The notes under the pieces are model-generated. The model was not told where the DNA came from. It ran no database searches and worked only from the letters and a program-made list of their open reading frames with translations. Below are positions 11,501-20,160 of a DNA stretch of 20,160 nucleotides, piece by piece. Position numbers and translations under genes: made by a program. Source of the DNA: Octopus sinensis (Eukaryota); assembly GCF_006345805.1 (NCBI RefSeq), contig NW_021824022.1:1-20160 (forward strand), in the 5' to 3' direction. Within the stretch, counting starts at the first letter, position 1. Each line of letters starts with the position of its first letter.

Positions 11501-11670
11501 GAGGGACTCGATAACATTGCTTCAGATATTGCTTCTGAAAGAAAAGAACAAAATGTATGTCCCTAGTCACGTGATGGATAAACGCTCATTCGAGACTGAA
11601 CAAGAGCAACAACGACAAATCAATGACAATCAGAGCATCATTATATATACTACCATTGTTCCTTACAATA

Positions 11671-12689
11671 AAGCAGCGAGTTGGCAGAGCCGTTAGCAGG
11701 CAGGGCAAAATGCTTATTTGTTTATTGCCCACAAGGGGCTAAACATACAGGGGACAAACAAAGGGGCTAAGTCGATTACATTGACCCCAGTGAGTAACTG
11801 GTACTTATTTAATCGACCCCGAAAGGATGAAAGGCAAAGTCGACCTCGGCGGAATTTGAACTCAGAACGTAGCGGCAGACGAAATACCTATTTCTTTACT
11901 ACCCACAAGGGGCTAAACACAGAGAGGACAAGCAAGAACAGACAAACGGATTAAGTCGATTATATCGACCCCAGTGCGTAACTGGTACTTATTTAATCGA
12001 CCCCGAAAGGATGAATGGCAAAGTCGACCTCGGCGGACTTTGAACTCAGAACGTAGCGGCAGACGAAATACCTATTTCTTTACTACCCACAAGGGGCTAG
12101 ACACAGAGAGGACAAACAAGAACAGACAAACGGATTAAGTCTATTATATCGACCCTAGTGCGTAACTGGTACTTAATTTATCGACCCCGAAAGGATGAAA
12201 GGCAAAGTCGACCTCGGCGGAATTTGAGCTCAGAACGTAGCGGCAGACGAAATACCGGTAAGCATTTCGCCTGGCGTGCTAACTTTTCTTATTTCTTTAT
12301 TTCCCACAAGGGGCTAAACATAGAGGGGACAAAAAAGGACAGCCAAAGGGATTAAGTCGATTACATCGACTCCAGTGCGTAACTGGTACTTATTTTATGA
12401 ACCCCGAAAGGATGAAAGGCGGAATTTGAACTCAGAACGTACCGGCAGACAAAATGCCGCTAAGCATTTTTCCCGGCTGCTAACGATTCTGCCAGTTAGC
12501 GGCATTTAGTTTGTTTATTCATTTTAAGTTCAATATCCGCCGAGATGTATTGAATATATGTGTAGTTGTGCACATATACATGTGTATATGTATATATACA
12601 CGTATGTTTCACTGTTTCATTATCAATAAAATAAGTACCAGTTGAGTACTGGTGTCGATATTGCAGGCCCTGTGCTGAAATTTGGCACC
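11671..12689 (+). mobile_element. Older host SINE split by the array: head 11671-11715, continuation 12496-12545, tail about 12611-12689
   Basis: Head GCAGCGAGTTGGCAGAGCCGTTAGCAGGCAGGGCAAAATGCTT resumes as (TT)AGCGGCATTT...AAGTTCAATATCCGCCGAG and later AAATAAGTACCAGTTGAGTACTGG. This is collinear with the intact SINE at 15895-16104. Confidence 0.7.
11716..12495 (-). mobile_element. Head-to-tail array of four SINE units (11716-11888, 11889-12072, 12073-12289, 12290-12495)
   Basis: Units are highly similar with a 184-nt period. Only the unit at 12290-12495 has the full A-box head (minus strand CTGGCAGAATCGTTAGC). That unit also has a 15-nt deletion between GGC microhomologies. Confidence 0.95.
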
Positions 12690-13019
12690 GTTATTGTTCC
12701 GTATACAATGTGATAGTGTATCTATACGAGGAGAAAGTATTACAACACTGCAAAAGTCTTTGGAGTGGTGAAATAAGTAAAGCTAGTAGTGGTAATGGTG
12801 GTGGTGGTGATGGACGTGAATAATATGACACATTCTTAAAGAAAAAATATTACCGCCACGGAGGGAAGGTCTTTTTTTTTTAACAGCAAGATCTCATATG
12901 CATCGAAGTAATAACATGAATTGTCAGTCCATATCTATTTAACCTTGTAGATATAACAGCTGAATTTCTATCGAAATTACACGTTATTACCTCAAATAAG
13001 AATGTACAACGTATTCCTA

Positions 13020-13095
13020 GTGGCTATTGCTGGAGCGTATCGGATCATAGACCTGCTCAAAAGAGGTCGGCCTGGTAGCAATAAACAACCACCAC
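13020..13095 (+). mobile_element. Copy of the ~70-bp tail element followed by (CAA)n
   Basis: GCTGGAGC-N11-TAGACCTGCTC...CCTGG...AAACAACC. Confidence 0.65.
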
Positions 13096-13286
13096 CACAA
13101 CAACAACAACAAAAGCGGCCGCAACAACAACAACTACAGTATAATCACGATAGAAGCAATAAGAACAACAATAAAGATAATGAGTGAAGTTATCTTGTAT
13201 AGGAGAGTCGATGACCAAATCGAATTTGCGTTAAAATATGACACACAATCTCTTACCAATGTTAAATACCCAGCGTCTATATATGG

Positions 13287-13338
13287 AACACACACACACA
13301 CACACACACACATCTGTCTACATCTCCCTCTCTCTCTA

Positions 13339-13374
<36 letters not shown>

Positions 13375-13620
13375 CAAACATATATATGTATATTCCATGT
13401 ATGAGTGTTGTATGTGTGCATGCATATATATACTTATATATATATATGGAATATATGCGTAGTTGTGCACATATACACGTGTATGTGTATATATATATAC
13501 GCATGTTTTAAAACACTCAGACATACATATGCACACACAAGCACACACATATACAGACACACACACATGCACACACGCACCGCACCGCACGTACGCATGC
13601 TCACAATATTACACACATAT
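13287..13620. repeat. Compound (CA)/(TC)/(TG)/(TA) microsatellite
   Basis: Read directly. Confidence 0.9.
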
Positions 13621-14101
13621 AATTGACGGAATTTTTAGTATAGAAATGTGATTTGCAAGTTTCACAAGGAATTTGCTGGCAAAAACTGAATTAAACAGGA
13701 AAAGCCAGGAGAGTGGCTTCTTTTCAACTAATGACATTCCTTTAGTGGCTGTATCCAATTCCATTGTAGGAAAAGTTGGTTGTAAAACGATTCTTGACTG
13801 ATTTTTGATATTCTTTTATGTTAGATTGTTCTGTATTGTGTTAAGTTGTGTTAGACAGAGTGTTGAGACGAACGAGAAACTGGAGAGTGCGGATAAGGGG
13901 AGAGAATGGGTGCTGAGAGTAGTGACACATGATTAAAGAGAGAGGTGAGGGAGAGGGAGAGAAGTTGAGATCGTTAGACAGTGAGTAGAGGAGGGCAGAA
14001 AAAAGAAAAAAAGAGGGGCAGACAAAGAATCAAAGTTGAGTGCCTGCACTCAGACAGAGACTGCGGAGAGAGAAGGATGGTGAAATATATACATACATAC
14101 C

Positions 14102-14102
<1 letters not shown>

Positions 14103-14164
<62 letters not shown>
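14103..14164. repeat. Pure (AG)n
   Basis: Read directly. Confidence 0.95.
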
Positions 14165-14168
<4 letters not shown>

Positions 14169-14333
14169 TAAAAGGAAGAGAGGCTGAAGAATGCATACAG
14201 TGAGTCAAGTGTGAAAATGAAAAATAAGAGAGATAAAAGGCTGAGAAAGTGAAAATGATTTGAGTTGACAAAAGGAGTTGAGTAAGACAGAACCAATGCT
14301 GAATGAATGACATACTATCAGTCAATCAGTCAG

Positions 14334-14370
<37 letters not shown>

Positions 14371-14415
14371 GTATCTATGTATCTATCTATCTATCTTTCT
14401 ATCTATCTATCTATA

Positions 14416-14455
<40 letters not shown>

Positions 14456-14456
14456 A

Positions 14457-14544
<88 letters not shown>
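14334..14544. repeat. (TCTA)n with (TCTG)n; left flank of the LINE
   Basis: Read directly. Confidence 0.95.
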
Positions 14545-15650
14545 GTACTTTCCTGCAGCTCGTCTCCATGACCGAACTACGCTCTTAGATCAAAAAGAGG
14601 CCGAAGAAGGGCGAATGGCACCGCGAGTGTCGCATTGCTCTCAAGCAACTATGCCGTTCCGGGTCGACTTTGAGCGACTTCAACACAATCAAAGCATTCT
14701 ATAGGGGATTAGTGGAGGAGAGGTACGACTACGATCTCGGGGCGAACCTGAGCGTCGACGAGAAATACCTCACCCGCCTGTTCAAGACGACTTTCGGGCC
14801 GGGACCTATGGTCAACTTCCAGAGATCCCTGGCCCAGTAGTGCTATCGAGAGGCGCTACCCCTTCGGGATAAGCTCTACAGGCATGGCTCAAGAAACACG
14901 GGGCCGACCTGTCCGAGATGCGGTCAGAGCAACGAAACAGTTCTGCACGCACTCGTACAGTGTCCAACTATTTCCGGCCTGTGGGCCTATGTCGAACGAC
15001 TGCTATCGCGTGTGGGGCGCGTCAGTTTATCAACCGAGTCTATCGTGAATATTGTCGCGTCTCCTTCCTTGAAACGGGAAGGAAGAGCCATTTTCATTGT
15101 ACTTGTGGCTATGACGAAAGAAAGTGTATGGTGGACGCGTCTGAAAGGTCTAGAGTCAAACACTTTCCTCTCTGGTGAATCTCTCATCAACTTCTTCAAG
15201 TATCACTTGAAGAGGAAGGTGAGACTAGAGAGGGAAGTTTTGTCTAGTGAATGTTTTAAAAAAAGATGGGTGAATGTAGCAAGGATGGCACGTGGGAATG
15301 ACGGAGCCAGCTTGAGCATAATCCTATCAACCAAAAAAAGAAAGGAAAAAAGAGAGCTACTTACTGTAATGTGTTTTCTTGCATGACACTATTGCCCGAG
15401 GGCCCCGTGGTCTTTTCCGTAGGCTTTTCTTTCCACAGATAAACCTAATCTGTTTCCCTTTTTACATTGACATTTCTGTGATACACGATCACTAATGATC
15501 AGCCTCACTTTTTTTCTCACGGTTCCTTTTGATCGGAATTCGATCCACTTTTTTCTTTTCTTTTTTTTCTTCGCTTCTCCCCCCCGCCACCAAAGCTCTT
15601 CTTTGTATTTTGTCCCCTCTGTATTCAACCCTGTGTGGCCAATAAAGAAA
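14545..15650 (+). mobile_element. 5'-truncated non-LTR retrotransposon, L1/Tx1 clade (3' end of ORF2 plus 3' UTR)
   Basis: Abrupt rise in GC and CpG content. ORF2 C-terminal homology is described in the next entry. A T-rich 3' UTR ends in AATAAAGAAA. Confidence 0.9.
14547..15386 (+). pseudogene. Disrupted ORF2 C-terminus with zf-RVT CCHC zinc knuckle
   Basis: One frame reads ...FQRSLAQ*CYREALPLRDKLYRHGSRNTGPTCPRCGQSNETVLHALVQCPTISGLWAYVERLL...KESVWWTR... The motif C-x2-C...ETxxHxxxxC lies at 14910-14963. In-frame TAG codons lie at 14586 and 14838, with no frameshift. Confidence 0.88.
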
Positions 15651-15652
15651 CA

Positions 15653-15730
<78 letters not shown>
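15653..15730. repeat. (TATC)n; right flank of the LINE
   Basis: Read directly; same orientation as the left flank. Confidence 0.95.
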
Positions 15731-15894
15731 CATGGACTTCGAAGTCAGTCAACTTTTATTATTCTACAAGACAGTGCTGCGTAAATCCTGAACTTAATTC
15801 TAAATTAGTTTTACGTATAACTTAACATAGAAATAAACATTTTGATACGTGTGCATACATATATTAGTATATTATTATTATCTATAATACGACC

Positions 15895-16104
15895 CGGCGA
15901 GCTGAGAAAATCCTTAGTACGCCGACCAAAATGCTTAACGGCATCTTCTTTGCCCTTACGTTCTATGTTCACATCCCGCTGCGGTTGATTTTGCCTTTTA
16001 TTCTTTCAGGGTCGATAAAATAGGTGTCACTTGAAGACTATGGTCGTAATCAACTGAACCCCTTCACCAAAACTACTGGCTTTGTGCCGAAATTTGAAAT
16101 GATT
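15895..16104 (+). mobile_element. Full-length diverged tRNA-type SINE (same head and core as the array, different tail)
   Basis: GGCGAGCTGAGAAAATCCTTAGTACGCCGACCAAAATGCTTAACGGC...TACGTTCTATGTTCACATCCCGC...GCCTTTTATTCTTTCAGGGTCGATAAAATAGG...CTTTGTGCCGAAATTTGAAA. Confidence 0.85.
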
Positions 16105-16117
16105 CTTATGAATAATT

Positions 16118-16207
16118 CGGAGTGACTGAAGGGCCCGATATTTCGTGCATTGGTACTTATCAAACTAGTTTCATAAGAGCCACTGCACGAACACTTTAGT
16201 CACTCTG
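16118..16207 (+). ncRNA. Candidate pri-miRNA-like hairpin
   Basis: Upper stem 16142-16160 with 16173-16191 (16 WC + 1 GU of 19). Lower stem 16120-16131 with 16194-16205 (11 WC + 1 GU). An 8-nt bulge lies at 16134-16141. The structure is seen; function is unproven. Confidence 0.4.
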
Positions 16208-16245
16208 TAACGTCTGCCGATTATCCATAATAAATGCATAGATAC

Positions 16246-16331
<86 letters not shown>

Positions 16332-16363
16332 GTCTGTCTATCTGTCTGTCTGTCTGTATTTCT

Positions 16364-16397
<34 letters not shown>

Positions 16398-16406
16398 CTG
16401 TCTGTC

Positions 16407-16437
<31 letters not shown>

Positions 16438-16487
16438 ACACATATACATGTATACATACACGCACGTATATATATATATATATATAT

Positions 16488-16545
<58 letters not shown>
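16246..16545. repeat. (TCTA)n/(TCTG)n-(TA/CA)n-(TAGA)n compound microsatellite
   Basis: Read directly. Confidence 0.95.
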
Positions 16546-16546
<1 letters not shown>

Positions 16547-16549
16547 TGC

Positions 16550-16716
16550 ATAAACATATAGATATAAATATATATACATATATATATATAAATAGTTCAT
16601 GTATATATATACTTATGTGTATGTATATATACACACACTTATACATACATATATATGCACATAATACATATGTGTGTGTGTGTATACATATGTGCGTGTG
16701 TGTGCGAGAGAGAGAG
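16550..16716. repeat. (TA)/(CA)/(TG)/(GA) low-complexity tract
   Basis: Read directly. Confidence 0.85.
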
Positions 16717-18049
16717 AGTTTAGTGATACAAGCAGGAAAACATGGTGTATTTACTGATAGGATAGAAAATCGGTGTACCATTGAAACCGAATCTCTGGCA
16801 ATCTACAGTCTTGAAGTGGAACGTTGAAGGAAGCGCAAAGTTCATTGGTGCAGAGACTTCATGTAGTTCATTAATAAAGACTGTGTGTAAGTCATATGAA
16901 GCGTAACGTGTAATGCAATGAGGACATTATCTAAAGGGCAACGTTGTTGGTGACAGCAGCATGAAAGATCAAGAGAAGCTGCGAGCGATTACAACATATA
17001 CATCTTGTGTATAGAATAAAGGTTGTTATTCACCATGGGTAAATATTTGAGGGTCGTGTCTGCAATGCGCAATTACACAAGGCGTGTAATTTCTCTAGTT
17101 TTGAAACATCCGGATAAAACGAAATAGAGAGGTTGAAATTCCCCTGTTCCCTGACGTGCAGTTATGTACATGCTAAGTTAAAATTCTTTTGAAGCTTTTA
17201 ATTGCATGTCCCGCGTATATCCTCAGAATAGGATAAGATAGGAGAGAATCATTTGGTAAGCCACTGTCCTAAAAATATTGATCACCCTCATTAAATAGCC
17301 ATATTAATTTAGGCAGTTGCAGGTTTGTGTTTGAAATAAAGGCTGCATAGATGTATCGCTTTTTCTGTTATACTGTGTGATGCTGGAAGTGATGTCAAGG
17401 CAAAAGCAACTAATTTTAACGTTATGTATATTAAGATAGTTGCTGTATTTATGTGTGTTTGGAAGTGTTTCTAATTCTGGATAACAACCAAGGTAAGTCC
17501 TTAGAAACATCTAGAAAAATATCAGAAGAAACAAAACATTTTTCTATTCCTAATTCTCTTCGGAGGTGGTACTTAGGAATCTGCTGTATAAAGTGACTTC
17601 TCATTAAATACAAGCCCCAACAATGTCTTCTAATGCAGTACAATAATTTCCAGTCTATTTCTACATGACGATAACATGGAGAGCCGTTTAGAGATTCCAT
17701 CTATCAAGTTTCTAATTATAGCTAGTGGGGTGGAATTCTCCAATACTCGCCTCAGGGTTTCTATAAGGACGGCAATTGTTTCACTTACAGTCTAAATTAA
17801 AGCACAAAACGTTGAACGTGGTTTGAAGTATAACGAAGCAGAGATTGTGGACTTCGTTGGATTAATTATTCTGAAATGCGTCAAGAAATGCACATTCCCC
17901 TCGCAGCTCAGGTTTCTACAGAGACGATGGCTCTGCAATTTCAAGTAAATTGAAGGTTACACCATGGATAGATTTCGGGAAATTTTAATAAGATTTTTCA
18001 AGTTAGCTTTAACATCACTGTCATTTCATACTCTCGTACAGACAAAACT

Positions 18050-18064
18050 TCATATATGTATATA

Positions 18065-18111
<47 letters not shown>

Positions 18112-18595
18112 TATGTGTGTGGTGTATCCACATATACACATATACATATATACAAATAATGTGTAAATGCATGCATACATATGTGTGTATATATATGTAA
18201 TATATATGTGTGTTTGTGTGTGTATGTACTAATACCGTTAATGTGCATATGTATTTACATATGTATGCATATACGCACACGTATATACACACATATACAT
18301 GCATACACACTTACAAGTATGCAGGCATGTATGAGAGTATACATACATACACACATACATACATGCATGCATACATACATACATACATACACACATACAT
18401 GCATGCATGTATGCATACATACATACATACATACATACATACATACATACATTCATACATACACACATATATACATATACATATACATACATACATACAT
18501 ACATACATACATACATACATACATACATACATACATACATACATACATACATACATACATACATACATACATACATACATACACGTATACACACA
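18050..18595. repeat. (TA)n and long (CATA)n microsatellite
   Basis: Read directly; source of the HTYI/MYVC ORFs at 18021-18765. Confidence 0.95.
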
Positions 18596-18899
18596 CTAAC
18601 ACACGCCTACGTTCTGAGTGCAAAGAGTCTCACTCCATCCTCACCATGGTAACGGAAGTATGTTATTTACTAACAAAGTGCTTCCTAACCGTTTGCCAAA
18701 TTTTCTTTTACTTATGTAGTCTTACAACACTGGAATCGGGTTTACCAAACACTCAGCAGACTTAGTAATTGGAAGCTTGCAGTGCAGTCTCTGCAATTCC
18801 GATAGTCAAGAAGATCTGAAGAATGGTTATTGGTTTTATATCTCTCTGCCTCTCGTATAGATGTTGTAATGTTGTTTGGTTTCATAAACTTATCTCTTT

Positions 18900-19072
18900 A
18901 TCTATCTCACTCCTTACTCCCTCTCCCTTCCTCACTCTCCTTTCTTCCCTCTTCCTTCCTCCCTCTCTCTTCCTCCCTCTCCCTCTCCCTCTCTCTCTGT
19001 TCTTCCCCCACTTTCTCATACACAGGCAAGGAAATATTCACTCATACACTCAGTATCTCTCCCTACCTTTCC

Positions 19073-19110
<38 letters not shown>
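18900..19110. repeat. CT-rich polypyrimidine tract and (CT)n
   Basis: Read directly. Confidence 0.9.
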
Positions 19111-19237
19111 CCAGACACACAGATGTGATATCGCAAGAAAGTGTGTGAGTCGGAAAGAGGGAGCGATGGCTTGTTATACATTAACAATAGTTTGTACGTC
19201 TACTTATATTTTGAACCAGGAAATGATAATGTAGAAT

Positions 19238-19273
19238 AGATAGATAGACAGACAGATAGGTAGGTAGGTAGGT

Positions 19274-19316
<43 letters not shown>

Positions 19317-19360
19317 AAAGTAAATAGATAGATAGACAGACAGACAGACGGATAGATAAA
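19238..19360. repeat. (GATA)/(GGTA)/(GA)/(GACA) compound microsatellite
   Basis: Read directly. Confidence 0.9.
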
Positions 19361-20160
19361 AAGTAAAGGGAGGTTCCACCATTTATGATTCAGCGTGAGA
19401 TCATCGATGTAGATTAGAAGGAGAGTTTGTGTGCCTACGTTTGTTTAGTGTGGTTTGCTTTTATGTTTGAAGGAGTGGGCGATGGTGTTGCGGTTTCAAA
19501 TACGCTGTAGAAAAAAGTGATTTCTGATAAATCAATGATTAAAGATGTTCTAGTATAATGGGTTGGCGATTATACGCACCTTAGTACATTACTGGCACTT
19601 GATAGTTACTCGAACCCAGAACAATAAATAAATGGATTCATTGCATAAAGAGAGATGATACCGTAATTTATTGTGACGCGCAATGGTGTCTCTTACTGCG
19701 TTGGATAAATATGGTGGCCATGTTGGAACAACATAGGGAAACAATATAAAATATCCAGAGCATATTAGGAGAGCCAGAGACTCATACACACACTTGAGCG
19801 CGTGCGCACACAGACGCTAGACACACAAATGTGATAAGATAGTGAGTTGAAAAACTTCATTTAACTAAGGTTATCGTTGCAATTAAAATAAAAAATACCC
19901 ACTAATTAGAGGTGATTAAGGTCTATACACACAAGAAGCAAGGGGAATAAACTCAATATTACAAGTGCCCTCGAAACGCAGAAAAGAAATGCAAAGCATT
20001 CAGGAGTGTTACAATAAGCTGATGGAATCAACAGGTTCCTATCTCGTAGATCTCATCAGCGGAGCATATTTCCCTGAGCTGTTAAGATGGAAAATTGAAA
20101 AGTCGATACTTCGATGTCACTACAAACTTTTCCTGCCCAAATCAAATTAAACATACACTT

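Noticed and set aside
11716-12495. True tRNA genes
   Set aside because: A/B-box-like heads lack a cloverleaf and run into SINE core and tail sequence.
15389-15628. 79-aa minus-strand ORF
   Set aside because: Antisense reading of the T-rich LINE 3' UTR.
17489-17498. Perfect donor CAAG|GTAAGT (+)
   Set aside because: No open upstream frame with a credible acceptor; an isolated consensus is expected by chance.
18650-18693. Small imperfect hairpin (AACGGAAGTATGTTA...TAACAAAGTGCTTCCTAACCGTT)
   Set aside because: Short, bulged stems that are not distinguishable from background; the 8-bp hairpin at 17071-17091 is similar.

Overview
AT-rich, microsatellite-saturated eukaryotic non-coding DNA (intronic or intergenic). 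The repeat families resemble those of Octopus (coleoid cephalopod) genomes; this taxon call is from recollection, not from a search. No host protein-coding gene is recognisable, and nearly all ORF-track entries are translations of simple repeats. The only protein-coding relic is a 5'-truncated Tx1/L1-clade LINE (14545-15650, +) with a CCHC zf-RVT motif and two in-frame stops, embedded in (TCTA)n. The rest is tRNA-type SINEs, including a nested four-unit head-to-tail array at 11716-12495, a dispersed ~70-bp tail element, a 19-bp minisatellite and several fold-backs. The most notable observations are: (1) the SINE 3' tail matches the LINE 3' end (35/43 nt), suggesting a LINE-SINE partnership; (2) a 184-bp headless SINE unit with one fixed junction is amplified in tandem at two loci; (3) a minimal type I hammerhead ribozyme motif lies in a Penelope-like repeat (4499-4533, -); (4) a pri-miRNA-like hairpin lies at 16118-16207 (+).
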